From: Myxococcota bacterium | GTDB taxonomy: Bacteria > Myxococcota_A > UBA796 > SXON01 | NCBI GenBank assembly: GCA_040386535.1 | Contig: JAZKFH010000025.1 | Coordinates: forward strand, 96,001 to 160,000 | Direction of reading: 5' to 3' | DNA: 64,000 nucleotides | In this document: piece by piece, positions 1 to 8,702 of the stretch | Position numbering within the stretch: the first letter of the stretch is position 1 | Layout: each line of letters starts with the position of its first letter | The notes under the pieces: generated by a model | Told to the model about the DNA's origin: nothing | What the model saw: the letters and a program-made list of their open reading frames with translations, nothing else | The model's database searches: none | Translations under genes and position numbers: made by a program

Positions 1-32
1 GCCAGCGGCCGGAGGCGAAGGCGAGCGCGCAT
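1..32 (-). CDS. 5' end of a gene running off the window (MRARLRLRPL...)
   Basis: ATG at 32-30 with a TATCGT -10-like hexamer 6 nt upstream; only 10 codons visible. Confidence 0.35.
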   Translation of the reverse strand, partial: MRARLRLRPL

Positions 33-57
33 GGTGCAACGATAGCCGCGGATCCCG

Positions 58-3000
58 CTACAAGGCGTTCGCCTCGATGACCTGGCGCGCGTCCTGCTGG
101 AAGAGCTGGTCGTACGCCGCTTCGTTCTTGCGGAGCACGTCGCCGTAGCCCTCGGTCGGGTACCCCGGGCTGGGCGCCGGCGCGACGTTGAGCGCGTCGT
201 CGCCGAGGTTGGCGAGGGCGTAGCGGTCGCCGAGCTTGGCGAGGACGCCGAGCGCGCCGCCGCCGTAGGGCACGAAAGCCGCGCCGCGCCCGTCGGTGCG
301 CGCGGTGGTGGCGGTGCCGGCGCCGAACAGCCAGAGCTGCGCATCGGCCAGCGGCCTGCCCGCCGTGTCCGTGAGGTGGACGAGCGTGCCCGACCCGGCG
401 CGGCTGTCCACGACGAGCTCGGCGTCGGTGCGCACGACCACCATGCGGCCCGCGGTGGCGCCGGCGGTGACCGTCACGACGTAGGCGCCTTCGGGCAGGG
501 CGGGCAGCAGAACGTCGCCGTCGATGCCGACGGTCACGGTGCGGCTCGCGGTGGGCTTGAGGCCGGCGACGGAGAGGCTCGTGGCGTCGAGGGCGCCGGC
601 GTCGCGGAGGAGGGCGGCCTCGAGGAGCACGCGGATCGCGGTGACGGTGACCTCGGCGCCGGGCCGCAGGTGCGCCTCGACGCGGGCGGGGATCCCGGGC
701 GTGAGGACGAGGACCGTCGGGAGAGCGAGCTCCTCGCGGTCGAGCCACGCGCGCCGCTCCATCGCCTCGTCGGTGGCGCTCGCGTCGTAGGCGGCGCGGG
801 CCTCGTCGAGGCGCCCGAGGGCCTCCAGCGCGCGCCCGCGCTCGAGGTCGACCTCGGGGGCGCCTTCGGGCGGCGCGTCGAGGGCGGCGAGGATGCGGAA
901 GGCCTCGGCGGCGCGGCCCGCGGTGAGGGTGGCGCGGGCGTCCGCGAGGGAGAGGCGCCACGCGGCGGCGCCGTCGCGGTATCGGCGGGCGAGGGGGCCG
1001 GCGAGCGCGCGCTCCCGGGCGGGATCGTCGAGGGCGTGGAGGGCGTCGACGAGGAGGGCCGCGGCCTCGGGCGCCTGGGGGGCGTCGGGGTGGAGGAGGA
1101 GGAAGGTGGCGAGCTCGGCGGCGGCGGTGTGGCGGAGGGACGAGCGGGTGTAGCCGAGGCGGTCGCCGTCGCCCTCGGCGCGGCCGAGCAACATCGAGGG
1201 CGCGAGGTAGCGCGCGCTCACGACGGTGGGCACCTCGGGGTAGCGGTCCACGAGCTCGCGGAGCAGCTTGAGCGCGGTGAGCCCGAGGCCCGCGTCCTGG
1301 AGCTGGGAGACAGCGCCGAGCTCCTCCTTGAAGCGCGCGTCCATCACGACGCGCGTGGCGGCGTAGGCGCGCTTCGGATCGCCGGTGCGGGCGTAGGCGT
1401 GGGCCAGCGACGACGCGGTCTCCAGGCCGAGCGCGCCCTGGGGGACGTGCTCGCGGTACGCCTGGAAGGCCTCGATGAGGCCGTTCGGCTCGGCGCCGAC
1501 GCGGCGCGCGGCGAGGATGGAGATGCTGGCGCGTTCGAGGTCGGCGGCGGGGAGCGCCTCGGTGGCGAGCACCCCTTCGAGCAGCGCGGGGCCGGCAGGA
1601 TCGTTGGATGCGGAGAGCCGGAGGCCGAGCAGCAGGCGCTCGCGGGGGCTCATCACGTCGGTGGCGGCGCTGTCGCGGGCGGGCTCGACGGTGAGCCTCG
1701 CGCGGCCGTCGGCCAGCGCGGCGCCGTCGGGGCCGAACCAGCGGACGAGCAGGTCTTCGGTGCCGACGACGCTGGTCACCGTGCACCCCACGGTGCGGGC
1801 GTCGGCGGCGGGTGCGAGGTCGACGAACGCGGCATCGGGACACACGAGCCGCGTCGGGAGGGCGAAGGCGGGGACCTGGATCCAGAGAGGGACGACGCGG
1901 CCGGCGGGCGCCGAGGTGGCGGCCAGGCTCGCGAGCGGCCCGGTCGCGACGGTGCCCTCGATGAAGCGGCCACGCGGGAAGGTCTCCCCGCGCCACGCGG
2001 CGAGGGGGGCCTCGACGGCGACGAGGAGGGGCGCCTTCGAGGCGACGGGGCTGGGAAAGGACCCGACGCCGCTCTTCGTCGCGGGCAACAACGTGAGCGC
2101 GTGCAGCGCGAGGGCGCGGTCGGCGGGCTGGGCGGCCTCGGCGCGGGCGGTGGCCCACCACGCGGCGGCGAAGCGGGGGTCGGCCTTTCCGAGCACCACG
2201 GCGCGGGCCGCGGCGACCACGGGCGCGTCGCCGACGAGGGCCGCGCGGGCGTCTTCGGGGGCGCCGGCCACGTGCAGGGCGAGACCGGCGCGGGCGCGCG
2301 CCCAGGGCTCGAGATCGGCGGTGCGGAGGAGCCGGGCGGCGGCGGCGCGGGCGCGGTCCGGATCGGTGGCGGCGAGGGAGAGGGCGGCCACGGCCCGATC
2401 GGCTCGGCGCAGGTCGGGGATGGCGTCGAGGTCGGTGCCGCGGATGGCGCCGGCGCCCTTTCCGGTGAGGGTGCGCGCGAGCACGGCGGACGGTCCGCTG
2501 GGGTCGAGCGTCCAGGCGGCGTGGAGGGCCGGCTCGGCGCCGGGTACGCCCGCCTTCGTGAGCGCGGCGAGGGCGTGGGCCCGCGCGTCGATCGGGAGCG
2601 AGCGGGCGAGGGGGAGGAGCGAGGCGGGGGCGCCGTCCCAGGCGTCCGGGGCGACGTACGCGGCGGGGGCGGGCATCGCGGTGAGCGGCGCCCCGCCCAC
2701 GTCGAGGCGCACCATCCGGCTGGTCCACCGGCCGTCGGGCAGGCGGGCGACCAACTCGAGGTCGGCCGCGGCAATCCACGTCGGGACGTCAAAATGCATG
2801 GGGCCCGGGGCGGCGGCCTCGAGGACGCCGAGGGAGTGGGGGTCGCCGATCAACGCGGCACGGTCGAGCCCGCCGAGGATGATGCCGCCGCCGGTGTCGA
2901 TGCTGCCGTAGCCACCGCCGCCGCTGCCGTAGCCGGACGCGCTCATGCCCCCGAGGCCCATCGACGCGCCGACCTCCGCGGCCGCGCTGAACCCGAAGTC

Positions 3001-6000
3001 CACCCGCTCCATGTCGGTCACCTCGGCGAGCCGCTCCTCCTCTTCGAGCAGCGCGGCGGCGATGGCCTCGCCCCACCGCGCTTCGGGCGACCACGCGTCG
3101 CCGACCGTGCCCGGCGTGCCGTTCCAGAGGGGGGCCACGTTCGCCGGGCTCCCCCTCCGGCCGTTCGCCGCGTCGCGCAAGAACGCCCAGATGCGCGTCC
3201 CCTCGGGCAGCGCGGTGCCGACGTCGAGCGTAGACGAGCCGCCGCGCGCGAGTGTGCCCGTGACCCCGATCTGGGCCGGCTCGGCGCCGCGGAGCGGGAT
3301 CGCCCCTACGGCATCGTCCGCCACCTGCACCCACGCCCGCCGCGTGCCGTCGGCGTTCCCGACGAGGAGCGAGTCGCCCGTGCGCACGATGCGCGCCGAG
3401 CGGATCCCCTCTGCCGTCACCGCCGAGAGGATCGGCGCGCCCGTCCAGCGGCCCGCCGCGTCGACCGCGCCGTCCGCCACGACCACCGGCGTCACGGGGC
3501 CGCATCGATCGACCCACGCGCAGAGCGACCACGTGCCGGCCGTCGGGAGGGTGATCGGCTCGCCGCCGCGCGCCCAGCGCGAGGTCCCGGTGTCGGACGT
3601 GGCGAGGAGCCAGCCGCCGGGGGGGACGGTCGCGCTGAAGGCGGCGCCTGCTGCCACGACGGCCGGCACCCCGGCGAGCGCGTCGGGGAGGTAGGGGCTG
3701 CTCACGTCTACGCCGGCCCCCCAACCGCGGCCGTCGGGAAGGCGGAAGGCCGCCGAAACGCTGGTGGGGTCGTCCGCGGAGGTGAGGTCGACGGAGAACG
3801 TGGCGCCCTCCGGCCCGAGCACGAGCGGGGTGGTGCTGGTCGACCATCCGGTCATGACCGTGAACTCCCCCGCGAGGCCGTTCGGTCCCAGCGGCTCCAC
3901 GGGCACGATCCGCGCCTCGACGCGCTCGCCGGGGCGCGGGTTGGCGGGCGTCCACGTGATCCGCACGAGCGGCCGGTCGTCGAACGGCGCCTTCACGACC
4001 GCCTGGGCAAGCTCCGTGTCCCCCGACACGAGCGCCACGCTGCCTCGCCCCATCACGAAGAGCCGCGCGCGCGCCGCGCCGTTCACCAGCGTGACCGGCA
4101 CCTCCTCGATCACGTTGCGGTCGTCGTTCCGGCTCTGCAACCGCAGCGGCCCGCCTCCAGACGCCCCCGAAGGCCGCGACCCGAACACCGACACGTCGAC
4201 CACCGCGCCCTCGACGGGCACCGCGCGGTCCCACGGCACCACGCTCCACGTGTCCGAAACGACCTCGGCGGCTTGGCCGGGGCTCGCCGTCGCGAAGCCG
4301 AGCGCGTTGCCCTTGCGCGCCATCACGCGGAGGGCGTCGGGGAGCGAGCGGAGCACGACGACGCCGGTGCCGTCGGTGCGCGCGCGGTGGGTGACGCCGG
4401 CAGAGTCGAGGAGGAGCAGATCGGCGCCGCCCACGGGCGCGCTCCCACGGAGGACCGCGAGCGCCACGTCCGCGCCCCGGCGGATCACCTGCACGTCGAG
4501 CGGATCGGCCACGACCAGGGCGGTGGCACGCTGATCCCCGGCGCGGATCGTGAGGGCGGTGAGCGGGCCCCCGCCGCGCGGCGACACGGGGACGGTCTTC
4601 AGCAGACCGTCGGGCTGGGGCACGTCCCGGGTGAGGTCGGGGTCGAGCAGGAAGGCGTCCAGCGTCGCGTCGAGGGGGTGGCCGCCGGTGGCGCGGAACA
4701 GGGCCTCCGGATCGACGCGATGCTGGCTCACACGGAGGACATCCGCGGCGGATGCGGTCACGTCGAGGCCCCCGGCCCGCGGCCCGAGGTGGAGGCGCGG
4801 GGTGCCGACGGCGTGGCCGTAGAGGGCGGAGGCGCCGACGCCGGAGGGGGAGGTGCACACCGTCGTGAAGCGGAGTGCCTCGTCACGGTTGGAGCCGGCG
4901 GCCACGAGCCGATCGCCGAGCTCGTCGCACCAGGCGCCGTCGGGGAAGCGGGCGGCGAGCGCCCAGAGCGCGTCGGTGCGGCCCGCGCCGTCGGGGATCG
5001 CGAGGTGGAGGAGCGCGGCGGTTCCCGCGCCGTCGGGCGTCTGGAGCGCGGAGACCGCGGCGGCCGTGCGTTCGGGCCCCTCCTTCCCCGCGTACACGCC
5101 CTCCACGAGCGCCTGGTAGGCGGCCTGGCGCGCCGCGTCTCCCCGAGCGGAGGCGCCCTCCCGGGCGGCGATCGCCATCCACAACGCCCGCCGCTTCGTG
5201 GGGTCGGGCGTCGCGGCGGCGCGCGCCTCGCGGGCCTCGAGCGCGACCGAAGGCATCGCCTCCAACAAGGCGAGCGTCGCGACGCCGAGGTCGGGATCAC
5301 GCCCGGCCACCTCGACCGCGTGGTCGAGGCGCAGCTTCGGGATCGCCGGATCCTCGGGGAAGCGGGCGCCGAGCGCGGCCAGCGCGTCGAGCACGAGCGG
5401 ATCGGGGACGTCGAGGCCCACGAGGTGGGTGGCGGCGGCGATCGCGTCGACCCGATCGGCCTCGACGGTCAACCGCACGAGCCACGCCGCGGCGGCCCCA
5501 GGGCGGCTCTTCGCCAGCCCCATCGCGACGCGCAGGCGCGCGGGTACATTGCCGGGCTCCTCCTCGAGGCGACGGCGCGCGGCCTTCTCGGGCTCGCCGG
5601 CCGAGAGGTGCGGCGGCAGGCGGAAGAGCGCGTCCTCGGCTTCCTTGCGGACGGCGGGGGAGGGGACCAAACCCATCGCGGCGAGCAGGAATTGCGCGGC
5701 GCCGTCGGGATCGAGCGCGGCGCGCTCCCCGGCCCAGCCCACGAGCAGCTTCCCGAGCGCATCTCGGTGGGCGCCGGCAAGCGCGAGATCCATCTGGGCC
5801 AACGCGAGCGCGGAGGCGTTCGCCAGGTCGCCGCGGGCGGCGGCGAGGTCGATGCGGCCCCACACGTCGCGCAACGCCTGCCCGCTGAACAGCCGCGCCG
5901 CCGCGTTGTAGTCCCGCGCGAGGAGAGCGTGCCGGCCGGCGGTCCATCGCAGCGTCGCGTCGTCCCCGTCGAGGAGGCGGATTGCGTCGCCCGAGCGCCC

Positions 6001-6105
6001 GTCGAGCGCGGCCCGGAGCGCCTGCTCCTCGATCGTCGGGGCGGCCCAGGCGGAGGGGACGAGGCCGGGGAGGGCGCAGAGAGCGAGCAGCGAGAGGGAG
6101 CGCAT
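58..6105 (-). CDS. Giant secreted TPR / macroglobulin-domain (alpha-2-macroglobulin-like) protein, ~2015 aa
   Basis: Signal peptide MRSLSLLALCALPGLVPSAWA; helical TPR-like blocks; two MG-like beta segments ending in RARTDGTG / TARTDGRG; Gly-rich GLGGMSASGYGSGGGG stretch; start moved to ATG 6105. Confidence 0.65.
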   Translation of the reverse strand: MRSLSLLALCALPGLVPSAWAAPTIEEQALRAALDGRSGDAIRLLDGDDATLRWTAGRHALLARDYNAAARLFSGQALRDVWGRIDLAAARGDLANASALALAQMDLALAGAHRDALGKLLVGWAGERAALDPDGAAQFLLAAMGLVPSPAVRKEAEDALFRLPPHLSAGEPEKAARRRLEEEPGNVPARLRVAMGLAKSRPGAAAAWLVRLTVEADRVDAIAAATHLVGLDVPDPLVLDALAALGARFPEDPAIPKLRLDHAVEVAGRDPDLGVATLALLEAMPSVALEAREARAAATPDPTKRRALWMAIAAREGASARGDAARQAAYQALVEGVYAGKEGPERTAAAVSALQTPDGAGTAALLHLAIPDGAGRTDALWALAARFPDGAWCDELGDRLVAAGSNRDEALRFTTVCTSPSGVGASALYGHAVGTPRLHLGPRAGGLDVTASAADVLRVSQHRVDPEALFRATGGHPLDATLDAFLLDPDLTRDVPQPDGLLKTVPVSPRGGGPLTALTIRAGDQRATALVVADPLDVQVIRRGADVALAVLRGSAPVGGADLLLLDSAGVTHRARTDGTGVVVLRSLPDALRVMARKGNALGFATASPGQAAEVVSDTWSVVPWDRAVPVEGAVVDVSVFGSRPSGASGGGPLRLQSRNDDRNVIEEVPVTLVNGAARARLFVMGRGSVALVSGDTELAQAVVKAPFDDRPLVRITWTPANPRPGERVEARIVPVEPLGPNGLAGEFTVMTGWSTSTTPLVLGPEGATFSVDLTSADDPTSVSAAFRLPDGRGWGAGVDVSSPYLPDALAGVPAVVAAGAAFSATVPPGGWLLATSDTGTSRWARGGEPITLPTAGTWSLCAWVDRCGPVTPVVVADGAVDAAGRWTGAPILSAVTAEGIRSARIVRTGDSLLVGNADGTRRAWVQVADDAVGAIPLRGAEPAQIGVTGTLARGGSSTLDVGTALPEGTRIWAFLRDAANGRRGSPANVAPLWNGTPGTVGDAWSPEARWGEAIAAALLEEEERLAEVTDMERVDFGFSAAAEVGASMGLGGMSASGYGSGGGGYGSIDTGGGIILGGLDRAALIGDPHSLGVLEAAAPGPMHFDVPTWIAAADLELVARLPDGRWTSRMVRLDVGGAPLTAMPAPAAYVAPDAWDGAPASLLPLARSLPIDARAHALAALTKAGVPGAEPALHAAWTLDPSGPSAVLARTLTGKGAGAIRGTDLDAIPDLRRADRAVAALSLAATDPDRARAAAARLLRTADLEPWARARAGLALHVAGAPEDARAALVGDAPVVAAARAVVLGKADPRFAAAWWATARAEAAQPADRALALHALTLLPATKSGVGSFPSPVASKAPLLVAVEAPLAAWRGETFPRGRFIEGTVATGPLASLAATSAPAGRVVPLWIQVPAFALPTRLVCPDAAFVDLAPAADARTVGCTVTSVVGTEDLLVRWFGPDGAALADGRARLTVEPARDSAATDVMSPRERLLLGLRLSASNDPAGPALLEGVLATEALPAADLERASISILAARRVGAEPNGLIEAFQAYREHVPQGALGLETASSLAHAYARTGDPKRAYAATRVVMDARFKEELGAVSQLQDAGLGLTALKLLRELVDRYPEVPTVVSARYLAPSMLLGRAEGDGDRLGYTRSSLRHTAAAELATFLLLHPDAPQAPEAAALLVDALHALDDPARERALAGPLARRYRDGAAAWRLSLADARATLTAGRAAEAFRILAALDAPPEGAPEVDLERGRALEALGRLDEARAAYDASATDEAMERRAWLDREELALPTVLVLTPGIPARVEAHLRPGAEVTVTAIRVLLEAALLRDAGALDATSLSVAGLKPTASRTVTVGIDGDVLLPALPEGAYVVTVTAGATAGRMVVVRTDAELVVDSRAGSGTLVHLTDTAGRPLADAQLWLFGAGTATTARTDGRGAAFVPYGGGALGVLAKLGDRYALANLGDDALNVAPAPSPGYPTEGYGDVLRKNEAAYDQLFQQDARQVIEANAL

Positions 6106-6296
6106 GACGGGACTGACTCCGGCGTCGGCAGGGGGTGCCGCGAACGGCGGGACATTGACACAGGCTTGACCGGGGCGCGAGGGGCCCGTTGCGACGGAGG
6201 GCGGCGGTCGGCGTGGGCGGCCCCTGCACCGGATTTGCACGAACTCTCCCGCCTCCCGCGCGCCAGCGAGCTCGATCCGCGCGGTAGGCTGCGCGA

Positions 6297-8702
6297 ATGC
6301 GACGATCGCCCGCGGTCCTCTCCCTCGTGTTGGCGCTCGCGCCCCCTCTCGCGCCGGCTGCCCACGCGGCCGACGGCACGGCCACGCTCCCCCTCGACCA
6401 GTGGGAGGGCCTGCTCGACGCGGTGGATGCCGCGGCCCTGCGCGCGCCGCCGCCCGTGCCCGTCCTCCAGGTCGATCGGCTGGTGGAGGGCGCCTATCGG
6501 CGCGGCGTGTTCACGGGCACGCTCTCCACGCGGTTCGTCGTGCCCCCGGGGCAGGCCGACATTCGCGTGCCGATCCTCGACCAGGGCGCGTCCATCGCGT
6601 CGGTCGAGCTCGACGGCCGCACCACCTCGCTCCTCCCCGAGGGCGGCTTCTACACCGTCGCCATCGACACTCCGGGGCCGCACACCCTGCGCGTCGCCTT
6701 CTTCGTCGGGCGCGAGGACGACCGCTTCGCGCGGCGCCTCCAGCTCGCGCTCCCCCCCGCGGGGCCGACGCGCCTGTCCGTATGGGTGCCGGAGGAGCAG
6801 ATCGAGGCCGAGCTCGCGCAGGGCGGCGTGACCGGGATCCGCGCCGAGACCGGCGGCACGCGCATCGACGGGCAGCTCGACGGGCGCGGCGGGGTCGACC
6901 TCGCGTGGAAGGGGCAGCTCCAGCAGGCGGCGGGGCCGGTGAAGCTCGAGGCCGAGGAGTACGCCATCTTCACGCTCCACGAGGCGCTGGTGCGCGGCGT
7001 GGCGGTGATCGACGCGACGGTGCTCGAGGGTGAGACCGACCGCATCGTGCTCACCGTGCCCGAGGACGTCGAGATCGTCGACGTGCTCGGCGACGCGGTG
7101 CTCCAGTGGCAGACCGAGCCCGGTCGCGTCGTCGTCCTCCTCCGCTACCTCGTCGCCGACGCCGCGCGGTTCCGCGTCCAGTTCCAGTTCCCCGTCGATC
7201 TGGAGAAGCCGGTGACCCTCCGGTTGCCGCTGCCCGAGGCGGGGGTGCCCTTCCGCGGCGCCATCGGCGTGCTCGGCCCTGCGGGGCTGCGCGCGGAGGT
7301 GCGCTCGGCCGAGGGCGCCGAGGCCCTGCGCGACCTGCCCGCCGAGCTGGCCGCGCTCACGACGGATCCCCTGCTCGTCGGCTTCGACTTCCACGCCGCG
7401 CCCGCCGTGGTGCTCGACGTGACGCGCGAGGCCGAGGTGGAGCTCACCAGCACGATCGTGGACGATCTCGAGGCCTCCACCGTGCTCATCGAGGACGGCG
7501 CCGAGATCACCAAGGTGCAGCTCCGCGTCCGCAATCGCACGCGCCAGTACCTCTCCGCGAAGCTGCCCGCGGGCGCGGTCCTCACGCACGCCCGCATCGA
7601 CGGGCGCCCGGTCCGCCCCGCGGTCGTGATCGACGCCGACGGCGAGTCGCTCCTCTTTCCGCTCGTGCAGAGCGAGCGCCTCGCGGCCGGCGCCACGCAG
7701 ACGTGGGTGGTGCGCGACGGCGACACGCTCGGCGGCATCGCCGACCGCTTCTACTCCGACCCGGGCGAGTGGTCGGTCATCCTCTCCGAGAACAACGACC
7801 AGCTCGGGTCGCCGCTCGATCTCGCGCCGGGCCAACGCCTCCGCATCCCGTCGAAGCCGGGCGTCGCCGTGCAGGAGAGCAGCTTCGTCATCGAGCTGGC
7901 GTGGACCCGGGCCGGCCCCGAGATGGGGTGGCTCGGCCGCCGCGCGCTCACCCTCCCGGAGCTCGACGCGGACGTGCTCTCCGCCACCTGGCACGTCTAC
8001 GTGCCCGACGCGCTCGTGCCCCTCTCGTTCGACGCGAACCTGACGCAGTACAGCGACATCCGCTACGACCACCTGCGCCGGGTGCGGCAGTTCCTGGACG
8101 CCGCGTTCGGCGGGAACGACGCCTGGGCGGGGGGCGGCTACGAGAGCATCCTGTCGCGACGCAAATCCATCTACCAGGAGGAGGCGTCGCGCCTCGTGGG
8201 CGCCCAGGAGGCCACCAGCAGCTTCCCGCTCGTCGGCGAGCGTTATCGCTTCAAGCGCCTGCTCCCCGGGCGAGAAGTGCCGACGTTGTCGGTCACCTGG
8301 TTGTCCCGCTCGCTCGTCCCTGGGGTGCGGTGGGCGGCGTTCGCCGCGGCGCTCGCGCTCGCCGTCGCGGGCCTCCGCGGGGGGCGCAAGCTGGGCGTGG
8401 CGGCGGGCTTCGCGGCGCTCCTCCTGGTGGCCTGGTACGTCGAGGGCGTCCACCGCCGCATCGTCTGGGGTGTCGACGTGGCGCTGATCCTGACGCTCGT
8501 GGCCACCGGTCGTGCACGCGCCCTCGCGGCTCGCGGCGGCGGGCTCCCGGGGTGGCGCGCCCTCGGCGATCACCTCCGCTTCGGCAACCTCGCGCGGGTC
8601 TTCCTCGCGGTGTTCGCGCTCTACCTGCTCCTGATGGTGCCCCTCCTCTGGTCCACCGTCGCCCTCGTCTCGCTCGCCTTCGTCGCCCGGAGGGCCGCAT
8701 GA
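6297..8702 (+). CDS. Exported LysM-domain protein with C-terminal membrane helices
   Basis: Signal peptide (..PAAHA); LysM WVVRDGDTLGGIADRFY...LAPGQRLRIP at ~7701-7850; several hydrophobic helices at the C-terminus. Confidence 0.75.
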   Translation: MRRSPAVLSLVLALAPPLAPAAHAADGTATLPLDQWEGLLDAVDAAALRAPPPVPVLQVDRLVEGAYRRGVFTGTLSTRFVVPPGQADIRVPILDQGASIASVELDGRTTSLLPEGGFYTVAIDTPGPHTLRVAFFVGREDDRFARRLQLALPPAGPTRLSVWVPEEQIEAELAQGGVTGIRAETGGTRIDGQLDGRGGVDLAWKGQLQQAAGPVKLEAEEYAIFTLHEALVRGVAVIDATVLEGETDRIVLTVPEDVEIVDVLGDAVLQWQTEPGRVVVLLRYLVADAARFRVQFQFPVDLEKPVTLRLPLPEAGVPFRGAIGVLGPAGLRAEVRSAEGAEALRDLPAELAALTTDPLLVGFDFHAAPAVVLDVTREAEVELTSTIVDDLEASTVLIEDGAEITKVQLRVRNRTRQYLSAKLPAGAVLTHARIDGRPVRPAVVIDADGESLLFPLVQSERLAAGATQTWVVRDGDTLGGIADRFYSDPGEWSVILSENNDQLGSPLDLAPGQRLRIPSKPGVAVQESSFVIELAWTRAGPEMGWLGRRALTLPELDADVLSATWHVYVPDALVPLSFDANLTQYSDIRYDHLRRVRQFLDAAFGGNDAWAGGGYESILSRRKSIYQEEASRLVGAQEATSSFPLVGERYRFKRLLPGREVPTLSVTWLSRSLVPGVRWAAFAAALALAVAGLRGGRKLGVAAGFAALLLVAWYVEGVHRRIVWGVDVALILTLVATGRARALAARGGGLPGWRALGDHLRFGNLARVFLAVFALYLLLMVPLLWSTVALVSLAFVARRAA

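Noticed and set aside
6224..6240. CTGCAC-N5-TTGC sigma54-like site in the divergent intergenic region
   Set aside because: Lacks the invariant GG at -24
376..6831. 2151-aa plus-strand ORF and other very long Arg/Gly/Ala-rich ORFs (e.g. 8710-13398, 8621-12670, 46631-48964)
   Set aside because: Antisense or off-frame shadows of real genes in very high-GC DNA; no recognisable motifs
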